From positions 1 through 47,071 of IMG/VR virus record IMGVR_UViG_3300009788_000146: 47,071 nt of DNA. The stretch is one strand, 5' to 3'. Every line of letters starts with the position of its first letter. Positions within the stretch are counted from its first letter, which is position 1. The notes under the pieces are model-generated. The model searched no databases and was not told where the DNA came from. It worked only from the letters and a program-made list of their open reading frames with translations. A program made the position numbers and the translations under genes. This document shows, one piece after another, positions 28,903 through 37,611 of this stretch. The DNA comes from a virus (taxonomy: Duplodnaviria > Caudoviricetes).

Positions 28903-29073
28903 TTATTGCCTCCTATTCCCTAAGAAAGTGTTTAAACAATACTCAGCAATTTTCATGGCAGCTTTTATCCGAGGGACTAATAGTCCGGGAGTCATATCTT
29001 TTTCGTTGATATGTTGGGTGTAGTTGAACTTAACCCCTGCATCGTTTTCGGTTGTAATTTCGATACGGATCAT
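28903..29073 (-). CDS. 56-aa hypothetical protein (MIRIEITT...), not in ORF track
   Basis: Hand-translated. Fills the gap between exonuclease and polymerase. Confidence 0.6.
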   Translation of the reverse strand: MIRIEITTENDAGVKFNYTQHINEKDMTPGLLVPRIKAAMKIAEYCLNTFLGNRRQ

Positions 29074-29076
29074 ATC

Positions 29077-29658
29077 TCATAGTCCTCTCTTCTTCAGCTC
29101 ATAGTAACAGCGCCGCATGATATGCGCATCAGCTAGAGCATCATGAGTACCGAGGACACCGTGGCCGAACAAGAACTCGTGGAGTTCCTCAAGCTTTGGC
29201 ATCTTAGGAGAGCCCTTGACAGTCTTCAGGCCACACATCTCCTTGCTTTCCTTCTGAGTACAGAAAGTGTTCTCGAAGAAAGGTTGGAAATCCCTATTAG
29301 CACGAGCAAAGAGAATAGCCATCATCTTCTGATCGAAGGCTACGTTGTGGCAGATCTTGACGCCTGTCCAGGGAAGGAGACTCTCAATGAACCGAGCCAC
29401 TTCACGAGCCGAATAGCCCTTGGCAATGACCTGTTTCTTGGATAGTCCATGAACCTTCTCAGCATGAGGGTTCATCTCCCAAGCAGCAGTATCGGGCTTA
29501 ACGATAAAGCAGCCCTCTGCGAAAATGGTATCAGCTGTCGACAGGATATAGCCGAACTGAACCAAGTGGGGTTGTTCCGGGTCTAGCCACCCTGCGCTTC
29601 GGGGAAATCCCGTAGTCTCTGTATCGTAGAAAAAATCCAGTAGTTGTAGTTGTTCCAT
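29077..29658 (-). CDS. DEDDh 3'-5' exonuclease (DnaQ-like)
   Basis: DTETTG, HN-x-x-FD, HDALAD. Confidence 0.92.
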   Translation of the reverse strand: MEQLQLLDFFYDTETTGFPRSAGWLDPEQPHLVQFGYILSTADTIFAEGCFIVKPDTAAWEMNPHAEKVHGLSKKQVIAKGYSAREVARFIESLLPWTGVKICHNVAFDQKMMAILFARANRDFQPFFENTFCTQKESKEMCGLKTVKGSPKMPKLEELHEFLFGHGVLGTHDALADAHIMRRCYYELKKRGL

Positions 29659-29661
29659 CTG

Positions 29662-30117
29662 TTACTCCTTGTCTAGAATTCTCACCAAGTGCCCAGCACT
29701 GATGAAGTCTGTTAGCGCTGTAATGCCGTACGATCCGGAGTCCGTGAGTATAATCACTTCGTGTATTCCGGCACCGTGTATTAGCTTAGCGCAAAGTTCA
29801 CAAGGTACATCTGTTACATAGAGCGTTGCACCTTCTAAAGGAATCCCTAGCTTCGCAGCCTGCAGGAGGACATTCTGCTCGGCATGATTAGCCCGGCATT
29901 TTTCATACTGCTGGCCGGAAGGAATGTTCTGCTCCTGACGATAACACCGGCCGAGGTCGTCACAGTTGTACGTTCCCGGAGGTGAGCCGTTGTAGCCTGT
30001 GCATAATATGTGTCTGTCTCGCACAGCAATAGCTCCGTGTTGACGCCGAAGACAAGTCGACCGAGTGGCCACCAGCTTAGTGATAGCAGCGAAGTAGGAA
30101 TCCCATGAAGGTCGCAT
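29662..30117 (-). CDS. dCMP deaminase
   Basis: RSTC-x-RR, TGYNG, HAEQN, PC-x-x-C. Confidence 0.92.
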   Translation of the reverse strand: MRPSWDSYFAAITKLVATRSTCLRRQHGAIAVRDRHILCTGYNGSPPGTYNCDDLGRCYRQEQNIPSGQQYEKCRANHAEQNVLLQAAKLGIPLEGATLYVTDVPCELCAKLIHGAGIHEVIILTDSGSYGITALTDFISAGHLVRILDKE

Positions 30118-30118
30118 G

Positions 30119-30313
30119 TTAATCTCCGATCACATAATTGTCTGGCATGAGAGAAAGATACCCGTCTGTCAAGGTAGCATAATTACCCGCTACCAATTCT
30201 TTACGAACTATTGATCCAATAGGATCCCAATCCTCGTCAAAATCTTCGACGGATATACGGTTACCTGTGTTCATGATATAGTCCGTGTACTTTCGTAGAT
30301 GCTTCTTATGCAT
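30119..30313 (-). CDS. Hypothetical protein, 64 aa
   Basis: ORF track, tightly packed between neighbours. Confidence 0.65.
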   Translation of the reverse strand: MHKKHLRKYTDYIMNTGNRISVEDFDEDWDPIGSIVRKELVAGNYATLTDGYLSLMPDNYVIGD

Positions 30314-30314
30314 A

Positions 30315-31643
30315 TCAGATATCTTTCAGACTAAGGATGTATTTATCCTTATAAGATTTCTCTAGATCAAAACCTAACGGATGCATATCCGCTTCGGTCG
30401 CAGCGATCAGAGTGGCACCACTTCCAGCGAATGGAACGAGTACCTTGGAGTTGGGCTTGGCAAAAGTTTCCAGTACCGATTTGATCATAGGCAATGGACG
30501 CTGCGTTGGATGGCGTTTCTTGTCAGGAATGACAGGGTCAAATGCGAAGATGTTTTTCATCCCTGGCTTGTTCATCGAAGGTGATCCCTTAGCGGCATAG
30601 AAGAACATTTCGTAACAGGAGGCAAGCCTCGTGGTAGGAGAGTTAGTCTGCCCAGCGGGCTTAATCCACAGCCCAGGGATACGTGGTACACGGAAGCCAA
30701 CACCCTCAAGTAATGATGCTATCAATTCAAACCAAGGATCAGGCCCGAACCAGCAGATCAACCAGCTATCATCCTTCAGAACGCGGTAGCATTCCTTGAA
30801 GGACTTCGCTAGAAATTGAGGATACTCCTTCTGTGCAATTTCGTTGTACTCACTTAGGCCTTCAGCACCCATACCTTTCTTGCTCTTAGCCTGTTGCAAG
30901 TCGATGCCATAAGGAGGGTCCATCTCGATGATATCGTAGTGGTTATTGGGAACCTTGGCTACATGCACGAAGAAGTCTCCGATGACGTAGGCCGCAGCGA
31001 GTTTTTGAATCTTGGAATCCCCAGTGCCGATAGTCTTCTGGGCAACAACTGCCAGATGATCATTGACAATTAGCTTTTCCATACGCTGCTTCATCTTCTG
31101 AGCTTCGTTAGCGTTCTTACATTTCGACCAAGGAGCTTCAGGGAACTGCTCCATAGTATCAGCGAGTGCAATATCCTGGGAGACTTTGCCCCGAGACACG
31201 CCAAGCATCTTGGCAGTATCAGCCATTGAGTGTCCCTTGGCATTCGGTGCCTTAGAGACTTTCTCTCCGTGGATTGATACTTGCAAACGATGAATCTCAC
31301 GCTCAAGGAAAGCTTTCTCCTGCCAGCTTAAATCTTCCCGTTGGATATTCTCCTCGAGTTCGAGCTCCTTGTGTTCAAGCTCAGACAGTTGTGCAGGATA
31401 GATTCGGCAAAGGATACTTTCGCGATCCAAGAGTTCATGCGCCCTAAGGCGACGCCCACCCGCTATGAGCAGGTACTTCTTACCAGCCTCAGGAGCAGGA
31501 TGAAAGCACACAGCAATAGGGCGCAGTAATTCCTTTTCCTTAATACTCTCGGCTAGCACATCAATGTTGCGATAGTCTTTTCGAGCACGCTCGCCAAGAT
31601 CAATGTCTTCCAGCTTAATAGTGTCTTGTTCAGAACGGCTCAT
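30315..31643 (-). CDS. ParB N-domain + HTH fused to an amino (N6A/N4C) DNA methyltransferase
   Basis: ParB: LAESI...L-x-x-PI-x-V, GGRRLRA, EENIQREDL. HTH: SMADTAKMLGVSRGKVS. MTase: DPPY, HPTQRP, PFAGSG (beta-class order). Confidence 0.9.
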   Translation of the reverse strand: MSRSEQDTIKLEDIDLGERARKDYRNIDVLAESIKEKELLRPIAVCFHPAPEAGKKYLLIAGGRRLRAHELLDRESILCRIYPAQLSELEHKELELEENIQREDLSWQEKAFLEREIHRLQVSIHGEKVSKAPNAKGHSMADTAKMLGVSRGKVSQDIALADTMEQFPEAPWSKCKNANEAQKMKQRMEKLIVNDHLAVVAQKTIGTGDSKIQKLAAAYVIGDFFVHVAKVPNNHYDIIEMDPPYGIDLQQAKSKKGMGAEGLSEYNEIAQKEYPQFLAKSFKECYRVLKDDSWLICWFGPDPWFELIASLLEGVGFRVPRIPGLWIKPAGQTNSPTTRLASCYEMFFYAAKGSPSMNKPGMKNIFAFDPVIPDKKRHPTQRPLPMIKSVLETFAKPNSKVLVPFAGSGATLIAATEADMHPLGFDLEKSYKDKYILSLKDI

Positions 31644-31900
31644 ACATCTACTCCCATCTCCCGTAACAGCTTGAGCTTCTGCTCAGGGGTTAAGATCCGC
31701 GCAATCTCTGCAGGCTTCAGCTTCGATAGGTTACCTTTAACCTTAGCCTTAGCACCTCGTGTACCTTTAGCATTCTTACGATAAGCCTTTGGAGATTCAG
31801 GTTTAATCCTACGAACAGCACGCAGATCACGGATAAAGTCATAGGCATCTTTCTGAGAGAGATCAGTGAACTTAGTAAGCAGATCATCAATCGTCGCCAT
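31640..31900 (-). CDS. Basic hypothetical protein, 86 aa
   Basis: GGAGG RBS, coupled to neighbours. Confidence 0.75.
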   Translation of the reverse strand: MATIDDLLTKFTDLSQKDAYDFIRDLRAVRRIKPESPKAYRKNAKGTRGAKAKVKGNLSKLKPAEIARILTPEQKLKLLREMGVDV

Positions 31901-32114
31901 TGGATGCCTCCTTTAAAAAGTCCTCAAGTTTAATATCCCTAGACAAAAGTAAAGCCAGGGTTGCAGCACGGTCTTTTTTAAGCAATCGGATTAAGTCGTC
32001 TATGATCGGACTAAAGATAAGTGTCCGACTTCCCCATGGAATGAGGGTACGCAAATCGTTGAGTTGCTCTTCAGTGACCGTGATGGTAAGCTGAGGATTG
32101 TAATCTTCGGCCAT
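31887..32114 (-). CDS. Hypothetical protein, possibly ribbon-helix-helix-like (likely start MAEDYNP)
   Basis: AAGGAG RBS. LTITV strand followed by helices. Confidence 0.6.
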   Translation of the reverse strand: MAEDYNPQLTITVTEEQLNDLRTLIPWGSRTLIFSPIIDDLIRLLKKDRAATLALLLSRDIKLEDFLKEASNGDD

Positions 32115-32126
32115 AACAAACTCCTT

Positions 32127-32160
32127 AAAAAGGAGGGCTGCTACAGAAGCCAACCCTCCC
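32127..32160 (-). terminator. Intrinsic terminator after SSB
   Basis: GGAGGG/CCCTCC stem followed by U5 on the minus strand. Confidence 0.7.
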
Positions 32161-32183
32161 TATGGTCAATATTTAACCGAAGG
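32159..32183. promoter_or_regulatory. 25-bp palindromic motif, copy 7
   Basis: CCTATGGTCAATATTTAACCGAAGG. Confidence 0.85.
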
Positions 32184-32187
32184 AGTC

Positions 32188-32586
32188 TTACGCACCTATG
32201 ACAAATTTCTTAATGTAATTCTGCTCGCCGTATTGCTCGTCATCAGACACGCCCAGGATGGCCCAACCTTCGAGGCCCTGTAGCTCATCGGTATCAAAGC
32301 TGTTGGTGTCAATACCAAAGCACAGACAGAAGTTCTTGATCCCTGCGAGTACCTTAGCAGTGCGTTTCTCATCGTACTCTTCAGCAGGTAGAGGCAGGTA
32401 ATAAGTAAAGTCCTTAGCGAGAGGCTCACCAACTACTTCGAAACGCGGAAGGACATAGTCATTACCTGCTGCGTTCTCACGAAGGCCATCGCATTCGATA
32501 AGGCGCAGCTTGTACTCACCAGCTGCCATTGCGATAGGATCTTGTGCATCTTCTACATTGTGTGCTGAGAGGTCTACAATAGCCAT
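32188..32586 (-). CDS. Phage single-stranded DNA-binding protein (DUF669-like)
   Basis: AGEY-x-L-x-L, GNDY, YGEQN-x-IKKF. Downstream of the Sak4-like ATPase. Confidence 0.7.
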   Translation of the reverse strand: MAIVDLSAHNVEDAQDPIAMAAGEYKLRLIECDGLRENAAGNDYVLPRFEVVGEPLAKDFTYYLPLPAEEYDEKRTAKVLAGIKNFCLCFGIDTNSFDTDELQGLEGWAILGVSDDEQYGEQNYIKKFVIGA

Positions 32587-32611
32587 GATGTTACTCCTTT
32601 TAAATTTGTGT

Positions 32612-32639
32612 TAGTTCCTAGTTCCTAGTTCCTAGTTTC
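32612..32639. repeat. Heptamer tandem repeat (TAGTTCC)x3 + TAGTTTC
   Basis: Directly visible in the intergenic region upstream of SSB. Confidence 0.9.
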
Positions 32640-32679
32640 TCTAGCTGCTATTCATCATAGTCTCCTTTCTTGACTTATG

Positions 32680-33510
32680 TCATTGAGTATGCGCTTTCAA
32701 AAGAGGTTTATCATTACAAGGCCAACCAGCTTTCTTCAGCAGAAGCTTCATATCAGGCGTCTCAAAGGTATCAAACTTATCACGTCCGATACGAGTGGCT
32801 CCAGGGTATGCCCCGTTCTTCTTGGTCAGTAGTTGATAGCTAACCTCTCGACCTTTACTCTCAGCAAGCATTGTCCAGATTTCATCAAAGAGCAGAGGAA
32901 TAGTAATGTCACCCTTACCAGTGGTCATGAACTTGTACTTCATCTTACCTTCGACCTCATCCTTCTCAGACTCAAGGTGACCGGTAAGAACAAAGTCGCA
33001 AGGCAGATCAAGGCAAAGCTGTAGCCGATTCCTGATTTCAATTTTCTGCGGGCCATAGTCCTTTGTAAAACGCGGGGCTTGACCAGCGATGCCGTCCTTC
33101 TGCAGAACCCAGTTCATGATGGCATAAGACCACATGGTGGAACTGTCGAGGAAGTAAGTACCGATGTGATCGAAGTAACCAATGCGCTTACGATGATCAA
33201 AGACTTCCTTCCAGAGCTTGTAAGCTGAGGGAGTTATAGGATTTTCACTCTCAAAGCGACTGTCCACTATGATCCTGCCCTCCTTGATGGATTTCCGTAG
33301 ACCTTTAGTACCTCCAGGGTCAAAGGAATCTATGTGGACAGGTTGTCTGCATGAGTCAGCGAAGGTAGTCTTACCACCGCCACTTTCACCCAGAAGCAAA
33401 AGGTTAAAGGATTTCTGCTTCTCGTCATTTTCATAGTTCTGACGCGTCTTAGCAGCTTCGGCTAGGACTTTAGCGAGTTCGGGATTGCCGGTTCCTGCGG
33501 TTTCGCTCAT
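32680..33510 (-). CDS. Sak4-like AAA ATPase / ssDNA annealing recombinase
   Basis: Walker A GESGGGKTT, YFLDS, LTGH, FDE. Linked to SSB and a Cas4-like nuclease. Confidence 0.8.
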   Translation of the reverse strand: MSETAGTGNPELAKVLAEAAKTRQNYENDEKQKSFNLLLLGESGGGKTTFADSCRQPVHIDSFDPGGTKGLRKSIKEGRIIVDSRFESENPITPSAYKLWKEVFDHRKRIGYFDHIGTYFLDSSTMWSYAIMNWVLQKDGIAGQAPRFTKDYGPQKIEIRNRLQLCLDLPCDFVLTGHLESEKDEVEGKMKYKFMTTGKGDITIPLLFDEIWTMLAESKGREVSYQLLTKKNGAYPGATRIGRDKFDTFETPDMKLLLKKAGWPCNDKPLLKAHTQ

Positions 33511-33916
33511 CCATTAACTCCTCTCTTTTTATTATGCATCTGTTCTTATGGCCTAGGTCTTTACAGGCGAATCTGTCCCCATCTACAACCTTGTTCAGAA
33601 ATCCAAGGCTACTATTCAGATGGTTAGGGGACATATCAGATAGCATAGTACGTCTGCCATCAGCCAGTACCCAAACATTAACCTCGCGCAACCACGCAGG
33701 ATCATCCTCTATTGCCACGCTACCTCGCGGAACAGCTACAGGTGGAGCAGGCATAGCAGGAGCAGGCCTCGGACATCTTGGTACCTCACCAGGAAACGGA
33801 GCTGGTGCGCCCATGTCGTCAATAATAACAGCAGGAAACTCTGCCATATACTGCGACCGGAAAGATTCTGGGGACTTGTCGGGTAGCATCCCTGACCTTG
33901 GCACGCCCGTAATCAA
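33470..33916 (-). CDS. Hypothetical protein (W-x-x-x-DG...SDM-x-x-x-HL motif, Pro-rich linker)
   Basis: ORF track. Start uncertain. Confidence 0.55.
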   Translation of the reverse strand: MITGVPRSGMLPDKSPESFRSQYMAEFPAVIIDDMGAPAPFPGEVPRCPRPAPAMPAPPVAVPRGSVAIEDDPAWLREVNVWVLADGRRTMLSDMSPNHLNSSLGFLNKVVDGDRFACKDLGHKNRCIIKREELMDERNRRNRQSRTR

Positions 33917-33942
33917 GTGCCAGGGATCGTCCCCAGAATCTT

Positions 33943-34260
33943 TTACTTTCCCAGGATTTGCTGGAACTGCTCATTCTGTACGTGCTTGATAGCATTCTCT
34001 TTAACCAGCTCGAAGCACTTAGCAAGGTACTCAGCCTGTGCTTCTTCCTCAGGAGTGAAAGGTGTGCCGCGAACAGCACAGTTATCCATCTGATTAAAGG
34101 CAGTCAGTTGATCGATATTATCCTTGCACAACCAACGTGAGACTTGGCTCTCAAAAGAACCACCGTCAACAACGCAGAGTTTTTCTAAACCCTCGGCATC
34201 ACTTTGCTCTACGGGGCCGATGAAAGTTTCGGTGCCGACTTTGTAAAATTGCAGTTTCAT
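33943..34260 (-). CDS. Hypothetical protein, 105 aa
   Basis: GGAG RBS. Confidence 0.7.
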   Translation of the reverse strand: MKLQFYKVGTETFIGPVEQSDAEGLEKLCVVDGGSFESQVSRWLCKDNIDQLTAFNQMDNCAVRGTPFTPEEEAQAEYLAKCFELVKENAIKHVQNEQFQQILGK

Positions 34261-34262
34261 TG

Positions 34263-35306
34263 TTATTCTCCTTGCTCGGATTCGGTAGGCGTTTCAACCT
34301 CAGTGATAGTCACTTCACCTTCGGCAACGTCTACGATAGTCTTGATATCTTCCTTGGTAGGATCCCAATGTTCAACTTTGAACCCAATAGGAGCCTCTTC
34401 ACATCTTTGCAATGGGTTCATCCAGCTATTGCAGTAGTCCTGCCACTGGCAACCGTTATACTTGGTGCAGTTAGTACTGTTCATGGGGAAGGAGTAGAGC
34501 AACGGATCAGAGTCCTTACATTCCTGTAGCCATTCGAAGTTGGACTTGATCTGATCCAGCCAATACTGTGCAGTCCACATCCAGTTGTGCATCTGCGGAC
34601 GAGAGCGTAAGGCTTCTACACGTAGGAAATCGTAGGGAGGTTGGACAGATAACTTACGTCCATCGTTCAATTCCTCCCAAGCTTTCTTAACCTTCTTGAA
34701 GGCGACACCGTTCATGATTACCCCGACGATTTCATCATCAGGATACATGCAATGCAGGACATGAGTGTACGTACCTACTTGCATAGAGAGAGGCCACTGC
34801 TCCTCCCATTTGTAGAAGGAACCAGCGGTCTTATGCTCCAAGGAAAACTTACCCCTTGGCCCTTCACAGATGGTGTCCATCTTGAAGAATAGATGCTGAT
34901 CAGTGTTGATAGACACACGGCCACCGACCTCGACATGCAGGACTTTGAACTCCCGTTGGTCAGAGGAATACTGACGCGCATAGTGAGCGAGCACTAAGAA
35001 AGCATTGTCTGGAGTCTTGGGGTGGAACAGAGCATCTGTCTCTGGGCCGAGGATAGGACGATACTCAGCCAGGAAGTCACGATAAGCTTCCATAACATGC
35101 TCAGAGGAGAAGCCCTTAGTGTAGAGGACTTCCATAGCTTTGTGCCACGCTGAGCCGAATACCAAGTGGTTGTTTGGAATGTCTGGACGCCAGCCTAGGA
35201 CGTAGTCATAGAAGTACATCCGAGGGCATGTCATCATAGCGATGACCTTGGTACTGTCCTGAATGTGGTGCTGGTCAACACCTACGATTAGTTCGTTAGC
35301 TAACAT
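34263..35306 (-). CDS. PD-(D/E)XK exonuclease, Cas4/RecB-like with Fe-S cysteines
   Basis: N-terminal CPR, FGSAWH, MD...EHKT, Q-x-x-x-Y, C-terminal C...C...C. Confidence 0.85.
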   Translation of the reverse strand: MLANELIVGVDQHHIQDSTKVIAMMTCPRMYFYDYVLGWRPDIPNNHLVFGSAWHKAMEVLYTKGFSSEHVMEAYRDFLAEYRPILGPETDALFHPKTPDNAFLVLAHYARQYSSDQREFKVLHVEVGGRVSINTDQHLFFKMDTICEGPRGKFSLEHKTAGSFYKWEEQWPLSMQVGTYTHVLHCMYPDDEIVGVIMNGVAFKKVKKAWEELNDGRKLSVQPPYDFLRVEALRSRPQMHNWMWTAQYWLDQIKSNFEWLQECKDSDPLLYSFPMNSTNCTKYNGCQWQDYCNSWMNPLQRCEEAPIGFKVEHWDPTKEDIKTIVDVAEGEVTITEVETPTESEQGE

Positions 35307-35307
35307 A

Positions 35308-35541
35308 TCAGCTCCTAAGATGGTCGTTAAGGGTACTAAACACAACTTTACTCCACGAGTTATGCTTAGTAGTTAGCTTCGAAACAGATACAGCAAAGCC
35401 TGCTGCCATGAAAATCTTGGCGTCTGCCATGACCTCGCGTTTAGTATCGTATTTACGCTCTATCACCCAACGATCGTCAGTTTTATTATCTATGAGCATA
35501 AGCTCAAAGCGATGGCTAGTCCACATAGTTACCTTCCTCAT
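35308..35541 (-). CDS. Hypothetical protein
   Basis: ORF track. Confidence 0.6.
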   Translation of the reverse strand: MRKVTMWTSHRFELMLIDNKTDDRWVIERKYDTKREVMADAKIFMAAGFAVSVSKLTTKHNSWSKVVFSTLNDHLRS

Positions 35542-35818
35542 CCAAGAAACCTAACAGCGCCAGTAGCGTGCCAAGAGTAGAGCCTTCATGTTCTTCACCA
35601 CGATCGAAACGAGTTTGCCACTTGCCCATGCCAGGCCAAAAGTCGATAGGGCCATTACTAGAAATGATAACAAGATGAGCGCCCCTGTTATGCATATCGT
35701 ATGTAATATTAAGCTCGTTAAGGATGTCAGCGCTTGCATCTCTGCAGCGTGATCTTCGGTTCTTACTCTTGCCATAAAGCAGATCCCATGGTCGACGTTG
35801 GCTAGCTTTCATGTTCAT
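35516..35818 (-). CDS. Hypothetical protein (N-x-GAHL...IDFWP-x-x-GKW motif)
   Basis: AAGGAG RBS before MNMKASQ. Confidence 0.65.
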   Translation of the reverse strand: MNMKASQRRPWDLLYGKSKNRRSRCRDASADILNELNITYDMHNRGAHLVIISSNGPIDFWPGMGKWQTRFDRGEEHEGSTLGTLLALLGFLDEEGNYVD

Positions 35819-36050
35819 CAGATTTCTCCTTTGCGGGGACAAGAGATAGTTTAGGACGTTGCTTAATAGGCTCGACGGTTTCCAAAGTAATGGAGCTAAC
35901 CTTACCATCAAGGGCTATGTACATGATGTTAGCTGCGACACCTGCTGCAAGATCAGCAGAGGCTGGGCATACCTTACCACGTTCTTCAAGGGCTTTGATA
36001 ATTAGTTCGACACCTTGTAGGGAATGAAAACCTATGTAGTACATTAGCAA
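35802..36050 (-). CDS. Hypothetical protein, 82 aa
   Basis: ORF track, overlapping the ligase stop. Confidence 0.65.
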   Translation of the reverse strand: MLMYYIGFHSLQGVELIIKALEERGKVCPASADLAAGVAANIMYIALDGKVSSITLETVEPIKQRPKLSLVPAKEKSDEHES

Positions 36051-36925
36051 AGTCCTCTCAAGAATTTGATCGTGGCTTCGTTATCATTCCAGACGTCCTC
36101 AGGCTTACTGAATGCCAATCCGAAACGAGGCACACCGTAGGCTGTTATGTTCTGGTACTGAACAACACAAACCATGCCCAAGTACTGCTGTCTATCAATC
36201 CAGATAGCTTGCCGTTCAGCATGAGTGAGACAACCAGCACCGACAGAAAACTCATGCCCATCACGACCAGTACATACAAAAGCTCCGAGTGTTCCTTTTG
36301 GATTTCCATGCTTATCAATGGCCTCCTCACATCCGATGATCTTGTAATTGTCAACCTTCTTTGGCTTGAACTTCATGATACCGCCAGACCGTTTACGCTC
36401 ATAGAGCCAGAAGATATGCCTGACAATAATCCCCTCATAGTCGAGGTCAAGGTAGTAATGATACCAGTGCATTATCTCCTGCATACTGTGAGCTATCTTA
36501 TACTCAACAGGTTTGATGTGATTATGTATGAGGTCTTTAGTCTGTGTAATCCTCTGGCCCTGCATACACTCGTTGACCACATCAAAGATATGATATTCCA
36601 TCTCCTGAAAGCGAGGGTGGAGATTAACTGTACGGCTGACCATAGAGTCAATTTCCTCAAACTCCATACCATGTACGTAGAGTTCGCCATCTGTTTCATA
36701 CGTGTTAGCAGGGAGTAATAGGTTATGTAGTTCCCCTTGTATATGAGGCACAGAAGTAAATTCATTCTTCTCTGAGGACAGCAAAGTTACGCCATCCGCA
36801 GAAAACAATGCACGACACCTGACACCATCGAGTTTGGGTTGAACTATTACGGGCCACTGGTTCCACTTGTTGAGACGCTTCTCTTCAAAGGGATGGCAGA
36901 GCATTATGTCTTCTCGTTTACCCAT
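36044..36925 (-). CDS. ATP-dependent DNA ligase
   Basis: Motif I QPKLDGVRC, DGELY, FD, EGIIVR, K-x-K, C-terminal PRF. Confidence 0.93.
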   Translation of the reverse strand: MGKREDIMLCHPFEEKRLNKWNQWPVIVQPKLDGVRCRALFSADGVTLLSSEKNEFTSVPHIQGELHNLLLPANTYETDGELYVHGMEFEEIDSMVSRTVNLHPRFQEMEYHIFDVVNECMQGQRITQTKDLIHNHIKPVEYKIAHSMQEIMHWYHYYLDLDYEGIIVRHIFWLYERKRSGGIMKFKPKKVDNYKIIGCEEAIDKHGNPKGTLGAFVCTGRDGHEFSVGAGCLTHAERQAIWIDRQQYLGMVCVVQYQNITAYGVPRFGLAFSKPEDVWNDNEATIKFLRGLC

Positions 36926-37092
36926 TAGTTCACCAACGCTTTCACATATTTTGCAAACAAGTTATCCTTAGCCTCTGCCACACTATGGCTACATCCATTG
37001 CGAAAGTTCTTTTTGCAGATCGGACACAAACTGCCTCTGGCACTAAAGTTTTCCAAATTTACTTTTGCTTTTTTCGCAGCTTTGTTACCCAT
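36925..37092 (-). CDS. 55-aa Cys/His protein (CPICKK...C-x-H), not in ORF track
   Basis: Hand-translated. AAAGGG RBS and TAATG coupling to the ligase. Confidence 0.6.
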   Translation of the reverse strand: MGNKAAKKAKVNLENFSARGSLCPICKKNFRNGCSHSVAEAKDNLFAKYVKALVN

Positions 37093-37135
37093 TAGTATTC
37101 CCTTTCCACAAATTTCCCCAAATTCAAATTAGGAT

Positions 37136-37178
37136 AAAAAGGATAGGGGCGACCCTCTGGAAAGTGACCCCCTATCCC
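37136..37178 (-). terminator. Intrinsic terminator
   Basis: GGATAGGGG/CCCCTATCC stem followed by U5 on the minus strand. Confidence 0.75.
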
Positions 37179-37203
37179 TTATCATCAAGATGTAACCGGA
37201 ACC

Positions 37204-37599
37204 TTAACCGGCCAACAGATTGTCAATGAACGCTTGCTTATCTTCGTCACTCATGCCACTCATGGCACGGCGAGCAGCACCCAAAGGATCGACGGTACGT
37301 TCCATCTGCATCCCTGGTTTCCAGCCCTTGACGATTTCAGTAATCTCGGCACCACTTTTACCGGCAGCCAGGTAACGACGGATCAGACCTTGAAGGGTGA
37401 TCTTGAAATTGGCACGTGCGTTGGTGAATACGACATCAGCGCCAACACTGGCAACCATAGCATCGAGATTCACGCCGAAGTCATAAGTAACAGTGACTTC
37501 ATCAAAGCCCTCTTTCTTCGCAGAAACTTCGATTACGCCAGTTGCAACGGCTTCCTCGGTAGTTTCCACGGCTTGCTCATTCTCATCAAATTCAGGCAT
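37204..37599 (-). CDS. Hypothetical protein, 131 aa, probably highly expressed
   Basis: GAGGAG RBS, biased codons, own terminator. Confidence 0.8.
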   Translation of the reverse strand: MPEFDENEQAVETTEEAVATGVIEVSAKKEGFDEVTVTYDFGVNLDAMVASVGADVVFTNARANFKITLQGLIRRYLAAGKSGAEITEIVKGWKPGMQMERTVDPLGAARRAMSGMSDEDKQAFIDNLLAG

Positions 37600-37611
37600 T
37601 TTCTATTCTCC

